The notes: a model not told the origin generated them from the sequence alone. A stretch of 64,000 nt of DNA from an uncultured Gammaproteobacteria bacterium (GCA_963779055.1 CAVZWN010000004.1:610233-674232), one strand, 5' to 3'; positions 1-9,528 are shown, counted from the first letter of the stretch. Made by a program: numbers and translations.

Positions 1-656
1 TCGTGACAACTGACGCATGACATCCCACCCTCTTTGACGGGGTGATGCGATCTCATGTTCTGCGCAGAGGCGACATCCTGATGGCACTTGACGCACATGG
101 CCGAATTCCTGTCCATCTTGCTGGCGCTCAGACTGAGGCTCCGGGACTGTGGCGAGGCATGCACCGTATGGCAATCCGTACAATTACCACCCGCCTTGCT
201 ATGCGAACTGAAGCTCCAGTTCATCAGCTTCTTGTCCTTATTGTGGCAGCTTGTGCATTCCTTGCTTTGCGGCATATCGATCGAGCCCTTGCCCGGCTCG
301 CCTTTGATCAGAGCCTGGCGGTGCGCCTTGCCGGTGGTATGGCAGGATTCGCATTTGCCATGATCATGCTCGGGACGGGCCTTGTCCCCGTTGATAATCA
401 CATGGCAGGCCGTACATTCCAGATCGAGAATGCCCTGTCTGGTTTTCTTGTAAGCCCTGAGCTTCTCGACCGGCGTTCTTGCCTCGTCAACGCTCATCTC
501 TGGCTCAGCAACCGGCGTTACCGGCTTGGCCTCCCGGAACGCTTCCGCCTTCTGGGCCGGCGCCTGTGGCCGCTCTACAGCCAAAGCCGGCTGGACACAG
601 AAAAACAGCGCAGCCGCCGTCAATGACGACGAAAGCCACTTGTGGAGTAATGTCAT
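1..656 (-). CDS. Multihaem c-type cytochrome, MtrA/DmsE/MtoA-like, N-terminal ~218 aa (gene continues past the left window edge)
   Basis: Absent from the ORF track because it is open at the edge. Hand translation of the minus strand from ATG 656-654 gives MTLLHKWLSSSLTAAALFFCVQPALAVERPQ... (Sec signal peptide). Six CXXCH haem motifs follow (CTACH, CESCH, CTSCH, CTDCH, CVKCH, CVSCH) with short spacers, as in periplasmic decahaem MtrA-family proteins. Confidence 0.8.
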   Translation of the reverse strand, partial: MTLLHKWLSSSLTAAALFFCVQPALAVERPQAPAQKAEAFREAKPVTPVAEPEMSVDEARTPVEKLRAYKKTRQGILDLECTACHVIINGDKARPEHDHGKCESCHTTGKAHRQALIKGEPGKGSIDMPQSKECTSCHNKDKKLMNWSFSSHSKAGGNCTDCHTVHASPQSRSLSLSASKMDRNSAMCVKCHQDVASAQNMRSHHPVKEGGMSCVSCH

Positions 657-794
657 TTTTGACTCTCAATCACGATTGAATATTGAATGTGGATATTTGT
701 ATTATTTTTATGTTATCGGCAGGAACTATCTAACGGGAACCGACCCTAAAGCTTCTTACTCTTTGCAGGATAACATTTGGCATAAATAAAGGCA

Positions 795-808
795 TTGACG
801 GTTATCAA
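795..808. promoter_or_regulatory. Candidate FNR/CRP-family binding site (TTGAC-N4-ATCAA) in the divergent cytochrome / Crp-Fnr intergenic region
   Basis: TTGACggttATCAA matches the TTGAT-N4-ATCAA consensus at 9 of 10 positions. It is nested in the 9-bp inverted repeat GGCATTGAC (791-799) / GTCAATGCC (811-819). It lies ~110 nt upstream of the regulator ATG (918) and ~140 nt upstream of the cytochrome ATG (656, opposite strand). Confidence 0.4.
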
Positions 809-917
809 TCGTCAATGCCTGCTTGACATCAACAACCGTCTCACAGCAACATGTCTGCGCCCCATAAGTATGGCATTTGTCATGTTTGTAAAGAATAGTC
901 ATTACAAAGGCCCGTTA

Positions 918-1640
918 ATGTCAAGCCGCAAAAAAAAGCCCTATTGCACCGATATCACCTGGGAAGGCCGCGCAGACTGCGAGCATTGCGCCATTCGTCA
1001 AAGAGTGCTGTTCTCCGAAGTGTCCAATGAAGATCTGGATGAAATACTGCACACCATTGACCACCTGTATTACCCGGCACATTCTGTTCTTTACCAGGCG
1101 AATGAAGAAAGCCAGTCGCTCTACACTATCCGCAGCGGGCTGGTTAAACTGGTCCGGTACCTGCCGAATGGCAACCAGCGCATCGTGCGCCTGCTCAAAC
1201 CGGGTTCGGTTGCCGGACTGGAACTGGTGGTCGGAAAGAATTACCGCCACACGGCAATTGCACTGCAAGACACCAAAGTCTGCCGCATCCCGATACCGGC
1301 TATCGAGCACCTGAGCGCCAACCATCCTCATCTATGCCGCCAGATGGCGCTGCGCTGGCAACAAGGACTGGACGAGGCGGACCGGTTCATTACCGAACTT
1401 TCCTCCGGAACGGCGGAGTCGCGCATCGCGCACCTGCTGCTTTTGCTTCAGTCCGAGTTATCCGATGGCAGTTGTATGGAATTCAGCCGCGAAGACATGG
1501 GCGCCATGCTCGGGATCACCACCGAAACGGCGAGCAGGATCATGGCAGATTTCAAACGGCGCGGCATCGTGAAGGAAACTGCTGAGCGCCATCATCATTG
1601 CGACACGGCTCTATTGCGTAAAATCGCCGATGAGCAATAG
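918..1640 (+). CDS. Crp/Fnr-family transcriptional regulator
   Basis: ORF 795..1640; the likely true start is ATG 918 (MSSRKKKPYC...). It has an N-terminal Cys cluster (C..CEHC), a cNMP-binding-like core (LYTIRSGLVKLVRYLPNGNQRIV) and a C-terminal HTH (REDMGAMLGITTETASRIMADFKRRGIV). Confidence 0.85.
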   Translation: MSSRKKKPYCTDITWEGRADCEHCAIRQRVLFSEVSNEDLDEILHTIDHLYYPAHSVLYQANEESQSLYTIRSGLVKLVRYLPNGNQRIVRLLKPGSVAGLELVVGKNYRHTAIALQDTKVCRIPIPAIEHLSANHPHLCRQMALRWQQGLDEADRFITELSSGTAESRIAHLLLLLQSELSDGSCMEFSREDMGAMLGITTETASRIMADFKRRGIVKETAERHHHCDTALLRKIADEQ

Positions 1641-1695
1641 GACGCTCATGCAAATGTCGGTTCGCCCCACAAGGCGCGGCGCCCCCCAATAAAGA

Positions 1696-1720
1696 AACGG
1701 GCACCTGAACCGTGCCCGTT
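1696..1720 (-). terminator. Rho-independent terminator for the Gly-rich protein gene
   Basis: 9-bp stem AACGGGCAC / GTGCCCGTT with a 7-nt loop. On the minus strand it is followed by TTCTTTATT. It lies between two convergent genes. Confidence 0.6.
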
Positions 1721-1749
1721 GGCTGCAGCAACGAAAGATCGCCGCGAAT

Positions 1750-2218
1750 TTATTTCTGTTGCTGCGTCTGCTCCTGGATTTGCTCACGTGTCCGCACCTG
1801 TGCCTTGGCGCCATCGCCCGTTCCAGAACCATCCTTCAGCTGAGTTTGCTGTTGGGTTGCTGTGGGTCTGCTGTTTTGCCTTGCTTTGACTGCCATCCTT
1901 GGCACGGCTCTTTGCCCGTGCATCTTGCCGGGTCTGCACTTTGACCCGCTCACGAACCTGCACCTTGGCCTTGGCGCCAGCGCCAGCCCCTGAACCATCT
2001 TTCAAACGATCACGATCACGATCCTGGGCCTGATCCTGTGCCTTATCCTGGCTCTGAGTCTGGGTTGCCGTTCCCTGACCAAAACCATTTCCTCCCATAC
2101 CGCTGCCCCCTCCACCGCCACCGCCTCCACCGCCCCCCCCGCCGCCTGAGGCATAGGCCATGCCTCCGCTTGCCAGTGAGGCCGTAATCAAAGCAGTTAT
2201 CAGACTGGATTTACGCAT
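1750..2218 (-). CDS. Secreted low-complexity protein (signal peptide, 14-residue Gly run, charged K/Q/R/D repeats); apparent frameshift near 1875
   Basis: Starts MRKSSLITALITASLASGGMAYA then G14. The in-frame ORF ends at 1784, but a second copy of the internal repeat LKDGSG(A/T)G(A/D)GAKA..VR continues in the +1 frame to the stop at 1750 (track ORF 1750..1998). The switch is plausibly at the T4 run 1874-1877. Confidence 0.55.
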
Positions 2219-2397
2219 GATGCACTCCTTCCGGTTATTGCAACAAAACAGGGGGTTCAGATTTTCTATGCTGATACTAATCAATTGATTTGTAAATGAG
2301 ATATGTCAATCGAATGTGGCTGCCAGAGTAACCCGGAAGCGAGTATTTCTTGTTTATCTCCCGAGTGAGTATAATTCGTGCTTTTGTTTGACCGATT

Positions 2398-3321
2398 ATG
2401 CTGATTTTCCGAGGAATTCCCGCCAGCGATGGACCGGTTGCGCTGACTATCGGCAACTTTGACGGCGTCCATCTGGGCCACCAGGCCATGCTGCAACGCA
2501 TGGAAGACGCCGCAAAAAAGCGCGGCCTGCCGGCCTGCGTGATGACTTTCGAACCGCATCCGCGCGAGCTCTTCACGCCCGACCAGGCCCCCACCCGCCT
2601 CACCAACCTGCGCGAGAAGCTGGAACTGTTTGAAGCCTATGGCGTGGAGCAGGTATTCATCTGCCGCTTCAACAAGCGTTTTGCCGGTATCCCTGCGGAT
2701 GAATTCGTGAGCGGAATGCTGCACCAGCGCCTCAAGGCGAAATGGATGCTGATCGGCGACGATTTCCGCTTCGGCGCCAAACGCGCGGGCGACCTGGCGA
2801 TGCTGAGCGAAGCCGCTCCAAGACTGGGTTTCGAGGTCGAAGCCATGCACAGCGTGGTGGCAGCCGGACTGCGCGTTTCCAGCACGGCGGTGCGCGATGC
2901 GCTGGCGGGGGGCGATCTCAAACTGGCCCACACGCTGCTCGGCCGTCCCTACAGCATCAGTGGGCGCGTCGAGCACGGGGATAACCTGGGTCACAAGATC
3001 GGTTTCCCGACCGCCAACGTCCAGCTCAAGCACAACCGTCCGCCGGTGTGGGGCATCTTTGCCGTCGAAGTCCACGGCATCGGCGATACGCCGCTGCAAG
3101 GCGCGGCCAGCCTGGGCGTGCGCCCGACCGTCAAGAACAACGGCCGCCCGACCCTGGAAGTGCATCTCTTCAACTTCGACCGCCAGATCTACAACCAGCA
3201 CGTGCGCGTGGATTTCCTGCACAAGCTGCGCGACGAAATGAAATTTCCCGATCTGGAAACACTGACTGCGCAAATCGCAGCCGATGTGGAAAATGCAAAA
3301 CAGTTTTTTGAGAAACGATAA
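2398..3321 (+). CDS. ribF: Bifunctional riboflavin kinase / FMN adenylyltransferase
   Basis: 307 aa with GNFDGVHLGHQ and the riboflavin-kinase C-terminal domain (GFPTANV...LEVHLF.F). It is immediately upstream of ileS, as in the conserved ribF-ileS-lspA operon. Confidence 0.95.
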   Translation: MLIFRGIPASDGPVALTIGNFDGVHLGHQAMLQRMEDAAKKRGLPACVMTFEPHPRELFTPDQAPTRLTNLREKLELFEAYGVEQVFICRFNKRFAGIPADEFVSGMLHQRLKAKWMLIGDDFRFGAKRAGDLAMLSEAAPRLGFEVEAMHSVVAAGLRVSSTAVRDALAGGDLKLAHTLLGRPYSISGRVEHGDNLGHKIGFPTANVQLKHNRPPVWGIFAVEVHGIGDTPLQGAASLGVRPTVKNNGRPTLEVHLFNFDRQIYNQHVRVDFLHKLRDEMKFPDLETLTAQIAADVENAKQFFEKR

Positions 3322-6092
3322 ATGGCTGATTACAAAGATACGCTTAACCTCCCCGACACCCCCTTCCCGATGCGCGGCGACCTCGCCAAGCGCGAACCGG
3401 CCTGGGTCAGGCAGTGGCAGGAGAAGAAACTCTACCAGCGCATCCGCGAGGCCAGCACAGGCCGTCCCAAGTTCATCCTGCACGACGGCCCGCCCTATGC
3501 CAACGGCGACATTCACATCGGCCATGCGGTCAACAAGATTCTCAAGGACATCATCGTCCGTCCAAAACCCTGTCCGGATTCGACGCGCCCTACGTGCCGG
3601 GCTGGGACTGCCACGGCCTGCCGATCGAGTTGCAGGTAGAAAAACAGCACGGCAAGGAGATTCCTGCGGCCAGATTCCGCGAACTGTGCCGCGAATATGC
3701 AGCCAGCCAGGTCGAGCGCCAGAAGGCCGATTTCATCCGCCTCGGCGTGCTGGGCGAGTGGGACAATCCCTATCGCACCATGGATTTCAGATTCGAGGCC
3801 GATATCATGCGCACTCTCGGGCGCATCCACGCCAACGGCTACCTCTATCAGGGCCAGAAGCCGGTGCACTGGTGCGTAGATTGCGGCTCCGCCCTGGCCG
3901 AGGCCGAGGTGGAATACGAGGACAAGACCTCGCCCGCCATCGACGTGGCCTTTGCGGTCAAGGATGTCGCCGCCCTTGCCAGCGCCATGGGCATGAAAGC
4001 GCCTTCCCAGCCGGTATATGCGGTGATCTGGACCACCACGCCGTGGACCCTGCCCGCCAACCAGGCAGTGTCCGTACACCCTGAATTTATTTACGACCTG
4101 ATCCAGACGCCCAAGGGCATCCTGATCCTGGCCCACGATCTGGCCGAAGCCTGCATCCTGCGCTATGGCTTCGAGGCGGTGGAAGTCATTGCCAAGGTCA
4201 AGGGCGCCGCACTGGAGCATGTGCAATTGCAGCACCCGTTCTACGAACGCATCGTGCCCATCATCTGCGGCGAGCATGTCACGCTCGATGCCGGCACTGG
4301 CCTGGTGCATACCGCACCGGCCCACGGTCAGGACGACTATGTGATCGGCAGCAAGTACAAGCTGGCGGTGGATTGCCCGGTGGGCGACGACGGCAAGTTC
4401 TTTGAACGCACCCCGCTGGTCGGCGGCCAGTCGATCTGGGCCGCCAACAAGACCGTGCTGGAAATCCTCAGCACCAACGGCCTGCTGCTCAAGGACGAGA
4501 AACTGCTGCACAGCTACCCCCACTGCTGGCGCCACAAGACCCCGATCATTTTCCGCGCCACGCACCAGTGGTTTATCGGCATGGAAGCCAGCGGCGAACA
4601 CGCCAGCCTGCGCGAAGCCGCGCTGAAAGCGGTCGAGAACACCGCGTTCTTCCCCTCGTGGGGACGCGCCCGCCTGGAAGCCATGATCAGGAACCGCCCC
4701 GACTGGTGCGTCTCGCGCCAGCGCAACTGGGGCGTGCCGATGCCGCTGTTCGTGCACAAGGAAAGCGGCGAGCTGCACCCGCGCACCCAGGAGTTGCTGG
4801 AGCAGGTGGCGCAACGCGTGGAACAGCAGGGCATCGAAGCCTGGTTCAGCCTGGACGCTGCCGAGCTGCTGGGCGGTGACGCCGCCAGCTACAAGAAAGT
4901 CAGCGACACCCTCGACGTGTGGTTCGACTCCGGCTCCAGCCATGCCTGCGTGCTGAAGGAGCGCGACACCCTGGCCCACCCCGCCGACCTGTACCTGGAA
5001 GGCTCGGACCAGCACCGCGGCTGGTTCCAGTCCTCGCTTGCTCACCGGCTGCACGACGGATGGCCACGCCCCTTACAAGGCGCTGCTGACCCACGGCTTC
5101 GTGGTCGATGCCAAGGGCCACAAGATGAGCAAATCCAAGGGCAACGTGGTCGCCCCGCAGAAGGTGATGGACACGCTGGGCGCCGACATCCTGCGCCTGT
5201 GGGTGGCCTCCACCGACTATTCCGGCGAGCTGACCATTTCCGACGAGATCCTGAAGCGCGTGACCGAAGGCTACCGCCGCATCCGCAACACCCTGCGCTT
5301 CCTGCTCGCCAACCTGGCCGATTTCGACCCGGCACAGCATCAGTTGCCGGTAGAACAATGGCTGGAGATCGACCGCTATGCGCTGGCGCTGGCAGCCCGT
5401 TTTCAGGATGAAGTCGCTGCCGATTACGGGCACTATGAATTCCACCTGGTAGCACAGAAGCTCACTTCCTTCTGCTCGGAAGACCTGGGCGGGTTCTACC
5501 TCGACATTCTAAAGGACCGGCTCTACACCGCCGGGGCAAACTCCCCTGCCCGCCGTTCGGCACAGAATGCGCTGTATCACCTCACCCATTCCCTGCTGCG
5601 ACTGATGGCACCAATCCTCAGCTTCACCGCGGAAGAGGCATGGAAAGCCCTGACCGGCAATGACGAGGACAGCATCTTCCTGCATACCTGGCACACTTTC
5701 CCGGCGGTGGAACAGACTGCCGGAACTGCTGGCGAAGTGGCAGCAACATTCGCGAATTCCGAGCCCGCGTCACCAAGGAACTGGAAACCGTGCGCGTCTC
5801 CGGTGCCATCGGCTCCTCGCTGCAGGCGGAAGTGGAAGTGCAGGTCAACACCGAACTGTTCGGCCTGCTGACAAACCTGGGTGACGACCTGCGCTTCGTG
5901 CTGATCACCTCGCAGGCCAGCATCGCGGAAGGCCCGGAGGAAAAAATCACGGTCAGCGCCAGCACACAGCAGAAATGCGAACGCTGCTGGCACTACCGCG
6001 CCGAGGTCGGAACGCACGCCGAACACCCGACCCTGTGCGGACGCTGCGTCTCCAACCTGTTCGGCGCCGGGGAAGCGCGCTCCCATGCGTGA
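3322..6092 (+). CDS. ileS: Isoleucine--tRNA ligase, reading frame broken by four single-nt indels (about 3560, 5040, 5718, 5747)
   Basis: Track ORFs 3322.., 3414.., 5038.., 5660.. and 5790..6092 join into one continuous IleRS. Landmarks are HIGH ([11 protein letters not shown]), KMSKS (5038 frame) and the C-terminal Zn finger (CERCWHY...CGRC). The sequence on each side of every junction reads straight on. Confidence 0.9.
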
Positions 6093-6561
6093 CTGGCGCC
6101 TGTGGCTGCTGTATAGCACGGCCGTGATCGCGCTTGATCTGCTGACCAAACAGTGGGTAGTACAGGCCTTCAGCTATGGCGACAGCCTGCCGCTGACGTC
6201 ATTTTTCAATCTGGTGCGGGCGCATAATAGCGGCGCGGCATTCAGTTTTCTTGCCGGCGCAGGCGGCTGGCAGCGGCTGTTTTTTATTGCTGTGGCCAGT
6301 GTTGCTTCAACGGTCATTATCTACCTGCTCAGGAAACACCATCGGGAAACTCTGTTCAGCCTGGCGCTCAGCCTGGTGCTGGGCGGCGCGCTGGGCAACC
6401 TGATCGACCGCATCCGCTGGGGTTACGTGGTGGATTTCCTGGATTTCTTTTACGGCACTTACCACTGGCCGGCATTCAACGTGGCGGACATGGCCATTAC
6501 CGGCGGCGTGATGCTGCTGATCCTGGATAGCCTGCGTAAGCCCGGAGGCAAGAAATCATGA
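6085..6561 (+). CDS. lspA: Lipoprotein signal peptidase II
   Basis: 158 aa with NSGAAFSFL and GNLIDR...VVDF...FNVAD motifs. It overlaps the ileS stop. Confidence 0.95.
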   Translation: MRDWRLWLLYSTAVIALDLLTKQWVVQAFSYGDSLPLTSFFNLVRAHNSGAAFSFLAGAGGWQRLFFIAVASVASTVIIYLLRKHHRETLFSLALSLVLGGALGNLIDRIRWGYVVDFLDFFYGTYHWPAFNVADMAITGGVMLLILDSLRKPGGKKS

Positions 6562-6995
6562 CTCAAACCGCACTTTGGGGCGACAGGATCGCCCTGCATT
6601 ACCGCCTGTTTTCAGATGATGGCGCCGAAGCCATCAACACCTTCGACGACGAAGAACCCGTCCTCCTGACGCTGGGCAACGGCGAAATCGATCCCAACAT
6701 GGAATCCTGCCTGATCGATCTTGAAGTCGGCAGGAGCTACACCTTCAGGCTGGAAGCGGAGCAAGCGTTTGGCCCCCACGATCCGGAACAGGTGATGGAA
6801 CTGCCGCTGGACGCCTTTCCCGACGAAGAATTCGAGACCGGCAGCCTGATCGAATTCACCCTGCCCGATGGAGATACCCTGCCGGGGCAGATCATCAGCA
6901 AAACCAAGACCCACGCCACGGTGGATTTCAACCATCCCCTGAGCGGTTGCACGGTCAATTTCGAAGTCAGGATCATCGAGATACTGGGATCATGA
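6558..6995 (+). CDS. fkpB: FKBP-type peptidyl-prolyl cis-trans isomerase (SlpA/FkpB type)
   Basis: 145 aa, ...HYRLF.DDG......FTLPDG..LPG.I.......VDFNHPL.G. It occupies the conserved position between lspA and ispH. Confidence 0.85.
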   Translation: MTQTALWGDRIALHYRLFSDDGAEAINTFDDEEPVLLTLGNGEIDPNMESCLIDLEVGRSYTFRLEAEQAFGPHDPEQVMELPLDAFPDEEFETGSLIEFTLPDGDTLPGQIISKTKTHATVDFNHPLSGCTVNFEVRIIEILGS

Positions 6996-7013
6996 TCCTG
7001 AAAAAAGAATTTG

Positions 7014-7140
7014 AACCGCAAAGGCGCAATGACGCAGAGAAAGAACAATGTGTTATCAGGAATAATCTGCTCTCCCGGCGCGTGAATCACCAACCATTTT
7101 TATGATCTTGATTTCTTTGCGCCTTCGCGCCTTTGCGGTT
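7014..7140. repeat. REP/MITE-like imperfect palindrome in the fkpB-ispH spacer
   Basis: AACCGCAAAGGCGC (7014-7027) is the exact reverse complement of GCGCCTTTGCGGTT (7127-7140). Degenerate GCGCAAAG/GCAGAGAAAG sub-repeats extend each arm inward. Confidence 0.5.
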
Positions 7141-7162
7141 AATGAACTGAGGTATTAAGGAT

Positions 7163-8089
7163 ATGGAAATCCTGCTCGCCAATCCAAGAGGCTTTTGTGC
7201 CGGCGTGGACCGCGCCATCGCCATCGTCGAGCGCGCCCTGGAGCGCTTCGGCGCCCCAATTTACGTGCGCCACGAAGTCGTTCACAACAAGTTCGTAGTG
7301 GACAATCTGCGTGCCAAGGGCGCCATTTTCATCGAGGATCTCAATGAGGTTCCGTCCGGCAGCACCCTGATTTTCAGCGCCCACGGTGTTTCACAGGCGG
7401 TTCGCCGGGAAGCCGAAGCGCGCGGCCTGCAGATCTTTGATGCCACTTGCCCCCTGGTGACCAAGGTGCATGTGGAAGTCGGCAAGATGCGGCGCCTGGA
7501 AAATGAAATTATCATGATCGGCCACAAGGGCCACCCCGAGGTAGAGGGCACCATGGGCCAGACAGAGGGGGGCATGTATCTGGTGGAAACTCCGAATGAT
7601 GTGGCCTCGCTGGTAGTTCAGGACGAGAATAACCTGTCCTATGTCACCCAGACGACGCTCTCGGTGGACGACGCCAGCGCGATCATCAACGCCCTGAAGC
7701 AGCGTTTTCCCGCTATCACCGGGCCGAAGAAGGACGACATCTGCTATGCCACGCAGAACCGGCAGGACGCGGTAAAAGCCCTGGCTGACCAGTGCGATGT
7801 CGTAATCGTAGTGGGCTCGCCCAACAGTTCCAACTCCAATCGCCTGCGCGAGGTGGCGAAAAACCATGGCGCAGCAGCCTACATGGTGGACAACGCAGGC
7901 GAGCTGCAAGCGGAATGGCTGCAGGGAAAATCCAGCGTTGGCGTTACTGCAGGCGCTTCAGCCCCGGAAGTGCTGGTGCGCGAGGTGCTTGAACGGCTGG
8001 AAGAACTCGGTGGCGTAAAAGTAAGGAACCTGGAAGGGAAAGCGGAAAACGTATCGTTTCCGCTCCCAAAAGCGCTTCAGGATTCGTAA
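7163..8089 (+). CDS. ispH: 4-hydroxy-3-methylbut-2-enyl diphosphate reductase
   Basis: 308 aa, starts [19 protein letters not shown], contains [10 protein letters not shown] and SSNSNRL. Confidence 0.95.
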   Translation: MEILLANPRGFCAGVDRAIAIVERALERFGAPIYVRHEVVHNKFVVDNLRAKGAIFIEDLNEVPSGSTLIFSAHGVSQAVRREAEARGLQIFDATCPLVTKVHVEVGKMRRLENEIIMIGHKGHPEVEGTMGQTEGGMYLVETPNDVASLVVQDENNLSYVTQTTLSVDDASAIINALKQRFPAITGPKKDDICYATQNRQDAVKALADQCDVVIVVGSPNSSNSNRLREVAKNHGAAAYMVDNAGELQAEWLQGKSSVGVTAGASAPEVLVREVLERLEELGGVKVRNLEGKAENVSFPLPKALQDS

Positions 8090-8115
8090 ACTCGACTAAC
8101 AAACAACACTTACAT

Positions 8116-8195
8116 AACCACGGAGTACACGGAGCAACCGGAGATTCAACCCCTGAAAGCGGGTTATCTCTGTGTTCTCCGTGCCCTCCGTGGTT
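8116..8195. repeat. REP-like long hairpin built from CAC(G/A)GAG 9-mers, between convergent ispH and yeeE (possible bidirectional terminator)
   Basis: Left arm AACCACGGAGTACACGGAGCAACCGGAGAT pairs with right arm ATCTCTGTGTTCTCCGTGCCCTCCGTGGTT. The inner AACCC..GGGTT extends the stem. The string TTATCTCTGTGTTCTCCGTG recurs at 61998-62017. Confidence 0.6.
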
Positions 8196-8201
8196 AAATA
8201 T

Positions 8202-9386
8202 TTACGCTTCGCGCATCATCTTCCAATACTGGTACTTCATGGTGCCGGCACTGCCGATCACAATGGCGATGAAGGCGATGAAGGAACCGATCGCCAGCGT
8301 TGAAATTCCAGTGACTGCCTGCCCGATGGTGCAGCCCATGGCCAGCACGCCGCCGAAGCCCATCAGGATGGCGCCGATGAAGTGGTTGAGAAAATCCTGG
8401 AACGAGGCAAACCACTCGATGCGGAAGCTGCGGCTCACCACGGCCCACAGCATGGAACCGAGGATCACGCCCGCCACTGCCATCAGCCCGAAGGTCATGG
8501 CAGTCGCCTTGAATCCGCTCAGCGCATAACCGAAAGTCTGGCCCATGGGATTGATGAATGTGAAGGATTGCGGCGACAGTGGGCGGCTATCGGCTGGTTT
8601 GACGTCTTCCGCCGCCGCGAACATGTCCCACTGCTCGGCTACGAAATTCTGCAGCGAGTAGCTCTGCCCGTCTGCGCTCACCATGACATTGCTGGTGACA
8701 TACCAGGCCGCCAGAACTGCCAGGCCAACCACCAGGCCGCCCAGAATATTGTCGAGACTGGTGCGAAAATCCTGTGATTTGAAAGCGAAAGCAATCAGCA
8801 CTGCTGCCAGGATGCCGCCGATGATCAGGCGCGTGGACGCCGCCTGCTCTGCACCGGACAGCACCGAGCCAAGATCCTGTTTGGTCTGCAAGGTCATGGC
8901 CAGCGGACGAATCCAGTCATAGAACAGCACGGTGAACAGGGTTTTGTCCGAATCGGGGAAAGGGTTGGTCATGTAGTAGGCAATCACTGCGATGATGGCA
9001 AACACCATGACAGACTTCAGGTTGCCACCGCCGATGCGGATCAGCGCCTTGTTGCCACACCCGGAAGCCAGCGTCATGCCGATACCGAACATCAGGCCAC
9101 CGAGCAGGTTTTCAGCCCACACCAGCTGATTGGCGCGATACGGCGGGAATGCTGCGTCTGCGTTGACCAGTCCGTTGGACTCCAGCACAACCACGCCCAG
9201 GACTGCCACAGCGATGGCAAACAGCCAGGCGCGTAAACGGCCCGTGTCGCCCATGTTGACCCAGTCCGAGATGGCACCCATGGTACAGAAATTGGTTTTG
9301 TTGACCACGGCTCCCAGGACCAGGGATATCGCGAAAATTGCCCAGAGAAAAAAAGACTGGGCCGGCGCAAAACTCTCATAAATCAT
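8202..9386 (-). CDS. YeeE/YedE-family inner-membrane (thio)sulfate/sulfur transporter-like protein
   Basis: 394 aa and polytopic, with two conserved Cys-containing half-repeats (NKTNFCTMGAISD; ASGCGNKALIR; AMGCTIGQA). Confidence 0.85.
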   Translation of the reverse strand: MIYESFAPAQSFFLWAIFAISLVLGAVVNKTNFCTMGAISDWVNMGDTGRLRAWLFAIAVAVLGVVVLESNGLVNADAAFPPYRANQLVWAENLLGGLMFGIGMTLASGCGNKALIRIGGGNLKSVMVFAIIAVIAYYMTNPFPDSDKTLFTVLFYDWIRPLAMTLQTKQDLGSVLSGAEQAASTRLIIGGILAAVLIAFAFKSQDFRTSLDNILGGLVVGLAVLAAWYVTSNVMVSADGQSYSLQNFVAEQWDMFAAAEDVKPADSRPLSPQSFTFINPMGQTFGYALSGFKATAMTFGLMAVAGVILGSMLWAVVSRSFRIEWFASFQDFLNHFIGAILMGFGGVLAMGCTIGQAVTGISTLAIGSFIAFIAIVIGSAGTMKYQYWKMMREA

Positions 9387-9528
9387 TATTTATCCCCTCT
9401 CAGATGCTGGAGTGCAACGCTCCGGACTAAGCCCAGATTGTAATCGAATTGCCATAAAGAACAATCCGGTTTTCTGGAAAAAGTGTAATTTAATTCGATA
9501 GTTAGTACATTAGTACTAAGCGAGGGGA

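Noticed and set aside
42-626. 194-aa plus-strand ORF at the left edge.
   Set aside because: The opposite strand encodes a signal peptide plus six CXXCH motifs, which is far stronger evidence. The plus-strand translation has no features.
2095-2155. Short-period repeat (CCACCGCC / CCCCC units) that could be mistaken for a tandem-repeat or CRISPR-like locus.
   Set aside because: It is the coding sequence of the 14-Gly run on the minus strand. There is no spacer-repeat organisation.
2281-5054. Two very long minus-strand ORFs (2281..3525, 414 aa; 3513..5054, 513 aa).
   Set aside because: They are antisense to ribF and ileS, which have unmistakable motifs. Their translations are Ala/Gly/Arg-rich with no motifs. 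These are typical shadow ORFs of GC-rich DNA.
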